Below, piece by piece: positions 57,101 to 64,000 of a DNA stretch of 64,000 bases (position 1 is the stretch's first letter; the number at the start of each line of letters is the position of its first letter). Location: contig CAZVVW010000001.1 in the NCBI GenBank assembly GCA_964630685.1, forward strand, positions 30,236 through 94,235, given 5' to 3'. The position numbers were made by a program, and so were the translations under genes. The notes under the pieces are model-generated. The model was not told the DNA's origin. It saw nothing but the letters and a program-made list of their open reading frames with translations, and did no database searches. The DNA is from an uncultured Methanosarcinales archaeon. GTDB lineage: Archaea > Nanobdellota > Nanobdellia > Woesearchaeales > BS150m-G63.

Positions 57101-60100
57101 AAATAAATGTGAGAGTTGTATGGGTGCTAAATTAAATACACTAAAATTTGAAAGGGGAATGCATGCTGTGTGTGATAGGGTTTTCTGTCCAAGTGTGCCA
57201 AGTTATGAAAGTTATATTGAAAAGAATACTTCTAAAGTTTGTGAAAATCATGTTCCTAATTATAATGTGGATTTAATTAAATCTAAAGAGAGTAAAGTAT
57301 TTTCAAATACAGATTGTGATATGTGTGAGATATTACCAGAAGGAACATGGTGTAAAGATCATAAAAGTGAATGTTGTGCTGTTGATTATATGAATCAGTG
57401 GAGTACTGGTGCTTTGTTTATGGATGAAATGAAAGAATCTGCTTGTATTGCAGCAGGAAATGCTGCAGATGTTAAAGAAGGTCTTGGATGTAATAAATGG
57501 GGAGATTTCATAAGGGGCGCTAGAAATTTTAAACTGTGTAAGGGTGGAATCACAGAAGAGATAGCAGTGGGTAGTGGAGATTATACTTTAATTCTTAATA
57601 AAACAGGGGAAGGAGATTTAGCTATTTGGGGAATGCATCTCGCAAGAGATTTTGAATATACTATGACAATTGGAGGGATTCAAGAAACTAAAAGCGAAAG
57701 AATAATGATTCGTGATTTGAGTGGTTTATTGAGGGAGATAGAAGAAATTAAATGTGAAGGAATTAAAAAAGGAGATATAAAATACAATAGTTTGGATTGG
57801 CCGACATATGAAGTTGGAGGAAGTATTGAGAGAACTGAAGTTGAAAGGCGAGCTGGAACCGATTCTGCAATAATAACTAATATAACCACACTCCCAGAAC
57901 AACAAAAAGTGCCAATACCGGTGGTGAATTTTATTTGTGAAGATTTTGAGGTAAAAGAAGATAATATTATTGATCCTGCTTCTGGTTTATTGAAAGCTAC
58001 ACAGGCTGTTTGTTTACCTGGTGTAAATTCATATCTTAAACAAACAAAACAGATAATGGAATTGTTCCAAGGATGTTTTAACACTATTCTGGTTACTGGT
58101 GATGGTAGTTCTGGAATGTGTCAGCATTTGGTTAGTCAATATATTTGTGATTTAATTTATTATGCTATAAGTTGTGTTAAACAATTAGTACCTCAAGGAG
58201 ATGGAATCAGAGCAGAAGGTGGAATAGTGGGCTTTGGAAAACATATATTGAGTTCTGTTAAAAATGTGCAAAGTGGTATTTCTGGAAGATATGGTAATTC
58301 AAGAAATTTCCAGGCATTTTTTACAGGTAAAAAATTAGTGCATAGTGTTTGTATGGCTATGTTTGGTGCCGATATTGATTTTAATTTTGATAGTTTACTG
58401 GATATGGGTGTGGATATTCCTACTGATCCATTTATTATGGCTAGCGGAACAAGACGTTTTGTTGGTTATGATGTGACAACTGGTTGGAGTTCACATCTTT
58501 ATAATATTGCTCCTGTTATTATTGCAGGGGAAGATATGAAATATTGGATAGAATTAGTTTGTTCTAATGATTTTAGCTGTGAGCCCTCTGATGGTTTTGA
58601 AGGTGGTAAATGTGATTGTGCTGAAGAGGCTTTGAATTGTCGTGTTGATGGATGTACAAGAGGAGTTACTAGAATATTTGGAAGTGGAAGATTAGCTAAA
58701 GGTGAAGTGCTTAATACAGAAGAGTTTATTTCTGTTGAACCGCCACATAGAGATTCAAAATATAGATTTGATAAAGTTAGGATAAGATATGAATCTATGC
58801 TTGGACAAGATGCAAGGGCTGGAGAAGAACATAGTAGAAGAGGAGATACTAAAGAATTTAATATAAGACCTATAGGTGGAAATTCACCAGTACATTGTTA
58901 TTTTAGGTGGGGTGCAACAGATCCTGGATTTAGATGTGATTTTTATATGGATGAAAGAGGAACAGCTGTTTTTACTAATCCTCGTGGAGAATCTGTTAAA
59001 AATATTTCAGATGTTTATTATCTTGGTGAAAGAATAATGAATAATTCTCAACTCAGTTATGTGTTTAAAACAGAAGGAAAAGATGATAATGGAGACCCAA
59101 TTCCGATTTATTTGGTTGGAGAGTTGAAGAACCAAAATGGGGCTGTTGTACAGCAAGAATCTATACCAATAACAGAAGAAGGTTATCATGATTATAATAT
59201 GAATAATGATGCTTTTAATGGTGCTTTTGTTGTAAGGCCAGAGTTTTTTACACAAACAGCAAGTGTAGGAACTGGAAGTACTACTAATGCTGATGGCACT
59301 ATTTCTGGAAGTGGATGTGATGGAATTGAGAGTAGATTTGGAGTTGATAGTTTATCTTGTGATGGCATTTCAGGAACAGATGTGAGGGTTGTTTATTATG
59401 AGGGGAGTGATATTTGGAAAGTTTATTCTAATATTGCAGGATCACCTTTAACACCTACTGGAAAAATAGAAAATTATATGTGTGCACCTTATGTTGATTC
59501 AGAAAAAATAGTAAAATGTAATTTAACAGATAGTTCTGGAGATGTTACAGAGAGTATAACTATCTATATACCTACTTGGGAGAAAACAGTTGGAGATTAT
59601 ATTAAAATAATTTCTAAATCTAATAGTTCTAGTGGTGGAAATGTTCCTGGTGCTCCAGCTATTCCTGGTGCGTCTAGTGGAAATGTGGATTGTACAACTA
59701 CTGCTGTTCCTTGGACATTAACTCTTAGTTTGTATCCTTCAGATGATTTTGGAGATATTGATATGGGCACTCCTTTTGAATTGAATGAAAAAGAACAAAA
59801 AATTACTTTTAATATTAAAGCTAAATGTATTAATGAGGGGGAAGAAGTTCCTATTACTTCTCCACCTATTGGAGGAGATATAAGTGGAGGTAATGGTGAT
59901 ACCCCTGGCGGTTCTAATGGTGATGGCAGTGGTTCTGGAAGTTCTAATGGTGATGGTGAAACTACTGAAGAGTCTGGAAATTGTACTTTTAGATCCTGTG
60001 AAGGAGTAAATACTGTTGGATGTAATTGTGGCGGAAATTTAACAACAAATAATACAAAATATTGTTTTGAAGGAGAACATAATACTGGAAATCATATTTT

Positions 60101-60782
60101 TGGGAATAGGGAAGAATGTTTATGTGGGAATTATGAAGTTGATAGTGGAGAGATATGTGATTTTGATGATGAGGGAAATGTAATTAATAATTCAAATTTA
60201 AATATTCAAATGCCTGATAGTGGACAACTTAATGGCGGATATACAAATATATTTTTTAATGGAGTTTCTTCTCGTTTATTTTTTGTTAGAACTATTAATG
60301 CTAAAGTATCTGGGTGGTGTGATGATTATAGCTATTTATATAGCAAGAATGAAATTAATAATATAAATGAAGATGTATCTAATTTAATACTTTCAGAGGA
60401 TAATTGTATTGAAGGAAATTTATTGAATAATTCAAGAAATTTTTGTAAGAATCAATGTACAGAATATTGGCCTGCAATTGCTGTAAGGGATAGCACAGGA
60501 AATATTGGGGGTGGAGTTATATTTCATCCTTATGGATTAAAAATGAATAAAACTAACCCATTAAATGAACAATATGAATTAGGTATTAAAATGTGGGATA
60601 AAAATGAATGGAAGTATGAATCAGATATTGAGTTTGAAAACAGATATAAAAAAACATTTAATTTTAATACTCCCTCTACTAAGTCTGGAGAAGAATATAT
60701 TTGTGAGTGGCACAATTCAGATGATGGTACATGTACTGCAAGCAATACAGCAGAAGAATATTACTTTGTTTATAATAAATGA
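54180..60782 (+). CDS. Giant secreted protein (~2200 aa): signal peptide, >=3 fibronectin type III-like domains, long Cys-rich C-terminal region with hydrophobic helices
   Basis: Fn3-like repeats (…VITWTTTDPTTTTINYGDT…TKYYYDIVAEDANS; …VIGWNTDEESNSIINYGTS…IRYVYVVQSCD). The ORF track's TTG start at 54165 is replaced by ATG at 54180. Confidence 0.55.
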   Translation: MERKLKTVQVMAIVIIQLMLITPLASAVLIQGVDVEVSGNSAVITWTTTDPTTTTINYGDTTLKENSVSDTNLLEEHTMEIVGLSPETKYYYDIVAEDANSSSTEYSSNFITADITSPPKVSGILNGTITETSIELLWAHVNVVDFNHYNIFRDGVNIHNATSISHVDDGLIAGMSYTYTISAVDDSGNMGESSDPFTVSTLAPDITGPAVFNISILALTDSTAVIGWNTDEESNSIINYGTSESSLGLSVTDLALVIEHSLTMIGLTKDIRYVYVVQSCDEAGNCDNSEPLAFTAGADYTPPFINATIPEYYNGLEIDFDVFTENHSDVLVYVNDIYRRSGNSGSEGKVSFRNVDLDSVLGTNVIRIEAVDQIGNEAVQNYNLELDFVAPVMDITTNVTNLTTERSITIQGNVDELSTIRFFLELDPFDTTPPEKVTELVAVNVETNNVELEWKKSIAEDFNYYLIYREDIGLIATSTRENYKDENVNSGITYNYWVIAVDNDCIKGGGSDVIAVRTQEGEEAIVELDVEQVVAECDITSPEVELETSGYFSEKINLRKGINKIKVEASDKAGNAVVWEVQTIHDTDAPKFVSDNIDALNPSYSEYVTIKGQVDEPSTVYVYLNERVVPDHFTQTDNQGNFAVEVQLRKDEEIGRAGELKWRNELTLMAVDIAGLNGTIDGRIDFSRCGGGNMDWIVNTRDLYPDSLVPRLLLEGMGQFTLGVDLEWQGAGAEPERFNAIPRIEKLDLSIEEKVNYDEEYLRSRVLMPDRKDRTLTVLVDINALPDPTPAGENWTSYDKEDNISKMHAGECFGSSTLSNVGVDVMEGVGCIKAPLELILKYKCEEYDSHGYLRNETCIQKECIFVDMLIEPRIDPSKMFNKDLLGAMVGFLNGSIEAINAVLESLETVSRITMAGCAVGWALLTVKKVSEFKACYVSTSFKDLIANLQLEEICESCNVVDGSVICPISDDDIKNKCESCMGAKLNTLKFERGMHAVCDRVFCPSVPSYESYIEKNTSKVCENHVPNYNVDLIKSKESKVFSNTDCDMCEILPEGTWCKDHKSECCAVDYMNQWSTGALFMDEMKESACIAAGNAADVKEGLGCNKWGDFIRGARNFKLCKGGITEEIAVGSGDYTLILNKTGEGDLAIWGMHLARDFEYTMTIGGIQETKSERIMIRDLSGLLREIEEIKCEGIKKGDIKYNSLDWPTYEVGGSIERTEVERRAGTDSAIITNITTLPEQQKVPIPVVNFICEDFEVKEDNIIDPASGLLKATQAVCLPGVNSYLKQTKQIMELFQGCFNTILVTGDGSSGMCQHLVSQYICDLIYYAISCVKQLVPQGDGIRAEGGIVGFGKHILSSVKNVQSGISGRYGNSRNFQAFFTGKKLVHSVCMAMFGADIDFNFDSLLDMGVDIPTDPFIMASGTRRFVGYDVTTGWSSHLYNIAPVIIAGEDMKYWIELVCSNDFSCEPSDGFEGGKCDCAEEALNCRVDGCTRGVTRIFGSGRLAKGEVLNTEEFISVEPPHRDSKYRFDKVRIRYESMLGQDARAGEEHSRRGDTKEFNIRPIGGNSPVHCYFRWGATDPGFRCDFYMDERGTAVFTNPRGESVKNISDVYYLGERIMNNSQLSYVFKTEGKDDNGDPIPIYLVGELKNQNGAVVQQESIPITEEGYHDYNMNNDAFNGAFVVRPEFFTQTASVGTGSTTNADGTISGSGCDGIESRFGVDSLSCDGISGTDVRVVYYEGSDIWKVYSNIAGSPLTPTGKIENYMCAPYVDSEKIVKCNLTDSSGDVTESITIYIPTWEKTVGDYIKIISKSNSSSGGNVPGAPAIPGASSGNVDCTTTAVPWTLTLSLYPSDDFGDIDMGTPFELNEKEQKITFNIKAKCINEGEEVPITSPPIGGDISGGNGDTPGGSNGDGSGSGSSNGDGETTEESGNCTFRSCEGVNTVGCNCGGNLTTNNTKYCFEGEHNTGNHIFGNREECLCGNYEVDSGEICDFDDEGNVINNSNLNIQMPDSGQLNGGYTNIFFNGVSSRLFFVRTINAKVSGWCDDYSYLYSKNEINNINEDVSNLILSEDNCIEGNLLNNSRNFCKNQCTEYWPAIAVRDSTGNIGGGVIFHPYGLKMNKTNPLNEQYELGIKMWDKNEWKYESDIEFENRYKKTFNFNTPSTKSGEEYICEWHNSDDGTCTASNTAEEYYFVYNK

Positions 60783-61672
60783 ACCAACTAAAATCTTCAA
60801 GAAGAGCAATCTCTTCAAGGTCTATGAAAGGTCAGAACACTTTTCGTATACTAAAAAAAGCGTTCTTTGAAACGTTTAAGAAAATAAAACAGAAACCATT
60901 TTACTTAGCTCTGCCTATGTTTATGGATTTACTGCACTTAATAGTGTTTAGTGGAGTGCTCGGATGGGCTCAATTGAAAGCTATGGAGCATATACAAGGG
61001 TTACAAGGTTTATTAGAGAGTTCTTCAGCTATTGTTGGTGATGCACTTAATGAAACTACTATGACACTTATGTTAGGGCACCAAAATGAACTTATGACTT
61101 TACAGAGTGCTTTAATTAAATTAGCTTATCTGCTTTTATTGAGTGCTTGTATATTATGGTTATTATTTCAAGGGCAGAGTTGGAGATTTGCATCTAATCT
61201 GACTGGAAAAAAGATAAAATACTTTAAGTTCTTTGGAAGATTCACTATTCTGAGTGCTGTTTGGCTTATTTTAGCTAGTGTAGTTAGTGTATTTCTTTTC
61301 AAAGTGTTATTTAGTATGCAGATGGAGATACATCAGGTGAAATATGGTATTGAAACACTAACTTCTGTTGTGTTTTATGCTTTGGTAGCTTATTTTATGT
61401 TTATTAGTTATGCTTTAGTGCCTAAATATACACTTAAGACAATATTCCAGAAAACATTTAAGATTGGAACTAAACATTTTTTACCTTTAATCACAATGTT
61501 TTTCATGTTAACTGTTGGTTTTTTTATTATAGATTTAATATTAAAAGCTGTAGGTACAGTAAACATCACAGCGATGATGATTGTTGGGTTTATCTTGTTG
61601 TTACCTTACCTAACTTGGATTAGGTTATACATACTTTTAGTTGTAGAGAAATTAGAAAAACAAAAAGAATAA
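60779..61672 (+). CDS. Polytopic membrane protein, family member 3 of 3; last gene of the cluster
   Basis: Motif sharing with 27844 and 51066; ATGA overlap with the giant gene. Confidence 0.45.
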   Translation: MNQLKSSRRAISSRSMKGQNTFRILKKAFFETFKKIKQKPFYLALPMFMDLLHLIVFSGVLGWAQLKAMEHIQGLQGLLESSSAIVGDALNETTMTLMLGHQNELMTLQSALIKLAYLLLLSACILWLLFQGQSWRFASNLTGKKIKYFKFFGRFTILSAVWLILASVVSVFLFKVLFSMQMEIHQVKYGIETLTSVVFYALVAYFMFISYALVPKYTLKTIFQKTFKIGTKHFLPLITMFFMLTVGFFIIDLILKAVGTVNITAMMIVGFILLLPYLTWIRLYILLVVEKLEKQKE

Positions 61673-61683
61673 GAAAAATAAAA

Positions 61684-62289
61684 TTATTTTTTAGGTTTTT
61701 TATAATAAATTTCGTGTCTATATGGTTTGGACGCTACTTGTCCAGATTCGTGGTAACTTGTAAGTAAATTTATTGCTTCTCCTTTTCTTATTTTTTTTGA
61801 ATCTATAAATCCACTTGTTTTTGTGTATTTTATAATATCACTTATATCACTTGATTTTAGGTGAGATGATGCTGCATTAAATAATGTAGGGGCTATTTTT
61901 TCTTTTATTATTTGTTTCATATGTCCGTGATGGTTATCAAAAGTGTAATCACTCCCTTGAGATTTTACTGCTGATTTAAGTTCGTTTTTTGTAATTCCTG
62001 CATAAGTGTTGAGAATTAATTCGTTTTCAATTTGATCTTTTCCTTTCATGCCTAATGTTTGTTTTGCTTTTGAAAGATAAATATCAGTCATTTTATCAAC
62101 AAATTTATCTTGGACTTTAGAATTATCAAGTTTATCCATATCTACCAATCCATCTTTTCCAGTTAAATGTGAATCAATAGCAGAATCATAAGCTTGCCTA
62201 TGATGTCTATGAATAGTATCAGTTAGTTTTTTAGCTTTTGTATATAATTTTTTGTGTTTATCAATCGATGCATTAGTCATAATTATCAC
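61684..62289 (-). CDS. Hypothetical basic protein (201 aa); possible distant paralogue of 62892..63464 (shared MTN…RQAYD…LDN)
   Basis: ORF. Confidence 0.3.
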   Translation of the reverse strand: MIIMTNASIDKHKKLYTKAKKLTDTIHRHHRQAYDSAIDSHLTGKDGLVDMDKLDNSKVQDKFVDKMTDIYLSKAKQTLGMKGKDQIENELILNTYAGITKNELKSAVKSQGSDYTFDNHHGHMKQIIKEKIAPTLFNAASSHLKSSDISDIIKYTKTSGFIDSKKIRKGEAINLLTSYHESGQVASKPYRHEIYYKKPKK

Positions 62290-62344
62290 CCATCTGAGTT
62301 ATTATAAAATATTAAATGTTTAATCAATATAAATCTTTCTTTTT

Positions 62345-62704
62345 TTATAAGGAATTTAATATCAAATTAACTTGTTTAAGGTGTGGTTTTTGTAAATCTA
62401 AGAAATCATTATAAGTGGTATTTTCTTTTTTATTTTCTACAATTTGATAAATTTCAATCCAAGAAAATCCCGAATACCCTTTTACAAGAGATGTTTTTTG
62501 AAATATATCTAATTTGTTGATATCACTTTTAAAAAAATTCATTGCAGAATTTGTTATATATTCCATAAAAGTATCAATAAATACTTTTCTTGATTTTTTG
62601 TTTGATAAATAATTAATATTTATTATTGTTTTTTCTGCTTTTTTGTAGGCAAAATCACACTCATTAATAATATATTCAATTTTACTTTTTGCCTTTTTAT
62701 TCAT
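62345..62704 (-). CDS. Hypothetical protein (119 aa)
   Basis: ORF. Confidence 0.3.
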   Translation of the reverse strand: MNKKAKSKIEYIINECDFAYKKAEKTIININYLSNKKSRKVFIDTFMEYITNSAMNFFKSDINKLDIFQKTSLVKGYSGFSWIEIYQIVENKKENTTYNDFLDLQKPHLKQVNLILNSL

Positions 62705-62891
62705 AATTAATAAATATAGTGTTAAAAGAATTTAAGTGTTATGGAGGAAATTCAGAAGAATCTTTGATTCTTCAGGGCTTTTTTTCGAAAAACTCAGAAA
62801 ATTTTTTATAAATTTAATATTTTTTTCAGAAAATAGTGGACTTTTTTTATTAAAATCAAAAAATAATAAAAATAAAAAATAAAAAACCTAA

Positions 62892-63464
62892 CTACATGTA
62901 AGGTTTTCCTTTTAGAAATTTGGGAGGTACAATACCTAATCTATCATATTGATTAACCAGTGAAGCTCTTTCTTCTAAACTAGCTTTACTTGGATCTTTA
63001 GGTGTCACACCCACATAAGTGAATACATCATTAACAGGTACTTGATCAAGTACACTAAATGGAACTTGAGCCCTTATTCCTAATGTTTTGTTGAATTCAG
63101 TATGTTTGTTTAAGAATTCTGTATAGGTTTCATATTTTAAATCTCCTTTTTGATTATCTATTAAATCAGAAAGTGATTTTTGATCAATTCCATAAAACCC
63201 TCTTAATCCCAATGCTTCAGCAAATATTAGATCTTCAGGCATTGAATTTATAGATTTTTGTAATGGTTTTGTTAATTCTGAGATTAAAGTTTTTTTAAAA
63301 TTAGATCTTATTACATCATTTTCTAAGTTATCTAATCTGTCATAATTACCTTTTTGAAGCCCTTCTTGAGCTTTATCATATGCTTGTCTTACTCTTCTTT
63401 TAGTTGTTTCTACACTTCCAGTAGCATCTTTTGATGCAGTCAAATAATCATTTATATTAGTCAT
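62892..63464 (-). CDS. Hypothetical protein (190 aa)
   Basis: ORF; oligo-T tract just downstream on its strand. Confidence 0.3.
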   Translation of the reverse strand: MTNINDYLTASKDATGSVETTKRRVRQAYDKAQEGLQKGNYDRLDNLENDVIRSNFKKTLISELTKPLQKSINSMPEDLIFAEALGLRGFYGIDQKSLSDLIDNQKGDLKYETYTEFLNKHTEFNKTLGIRAQVPFSVLDQVPVNDVFTYVGVTPKDPSKASLEERASLVNQYDRLGIVPPKFLKGKPYM

Positions 63465-63630
63465 TTTTTCTCCCCCAATTATACTTATTAAATATGTTAC
63501 TACTATAATGTGACTATCTCATTTATAAAAGTTTCGGTTTTTTATATAGAATATTTTTGGTTCTTCCGGATTTTTGTTATTCTATAGTTTTTAGAAAAAC
63601 TTTTAAAGGTTTAAGTTATTGCTGAATATA

Positions 63631-64000
63631 ATGGTCAAAGAGAAAAAAGAAAAAAAAAGTGGTGCGAATTCTACTGAATCATCAAAAGAGTTACCTAAAG
63701 ATGTTGAGAAGAAACTTAAAGATATAAAGAAAAAAATAGATAAATTTCAAAAAAAGTTACTGGATAAATTTGAAGATTATGTGATGGGTATTGCATTATT
63801 ACCCCCTGAAAAAACAAAAGAAGGAGAACCAAAAGATGATATTAATGTGTTAATTCTTGTTGATGATTCTGATAGTCAAAAGATGACTAAGGAAGAGTTG
63901 AAAGATAAACTTTCTAAGATAATTGAAGAAATCGCTAAAGGTGTTGATAAAAAAATGGTTCCTCAGACATTGATTTTGTCTGAAGTTTGGCAGAATTGTT
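63631..64000 (+). CDS. Hypothetical protein, 5' partial at window edge (MVKEKKEKKSGANSTESSKELPKDVEKKLKDIKKKIDKFQ...)
   Basis: ATG at 63631; open to the end of the window (not in the ORF track because it has no stop). Confidence 0.3.
   Translation, partial: MVKEKKEKKSGANSTESSKELPKDVEKKLKDIKKKIDKFQKKLLDKFEDYVMGIALLPPEKTKEGEPKDDINVLILVDDSDSQKMTKEELKDKLSKIIEEIAKGVDKKMVPQTLILSEVWQNC

Noticed and set aside
62753-62785. Hairpin gaagaatc-ttt-gattcttc followed by a T-run as a plus-strand terminator
   Set aside because: No plus-strand gene ends nearby. Flanking genes are on the minus strand, whose oligo-T tracts just below 62892 already account for termination.

Overview
AT-rich archaeal window. Archaeal signatures: proteasome beta subunit, KH/beta-CASP aCPSF1, form III RuBisCO, and class-III (archaeal type IV pilin-like) signal peptides. 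Together with giant Cys-rich secreted proteins, these suggest a DPANN-type or similar small-genome archaeon (inference). No rRNA, tRNA or CRISPR arrays were found.

The first ~24 kb carries housekeeping and metabolic genes: psmB, aCPSF1, a MiaB-like radical-SAM methylthiotransferase, form III rbcL, a flavin reductase, the B12 adenosyltransferase cobO next to a class II B12-dependent RNR, metG, and two RelE-type toxin-antitoxin modules. Three genes there (a histidine phosphatase, a DinD/Bro-N homologue and a RelE toxin) are broken by frameshifts at poly-A runs.

From ~24.2 kb to ~61.7 kb is a ~37 kb, almost entirely plus-strand, translationally coupled cluster encoding over 12,000 aa of secreted or membrane protein. 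It is built from repeated paralogous modules:
- three paralogous large proteins with archaeal type IV pilin-like N-termini ([KR][GA]|Q[VI]xxF + hydrophobic);
- three paralogous polytopic membrane proteins of ~250-300 aa;
- several giant Cys-rich secreted proteins (1053, 1124, 1281, 1160 and ~2200 aa), two of which share N-terminal modules and a novel Cys-rich C-terminal domain with hydrophobic helices;
- Fn3-like, CarboxypepD_reg-like and SH3b-like modules;
- a gene containing perfect nested A-B-B-A direct repeats.

This cluster is the strongest candidate for an undescribed cell-surface, adhesion or appendage system.
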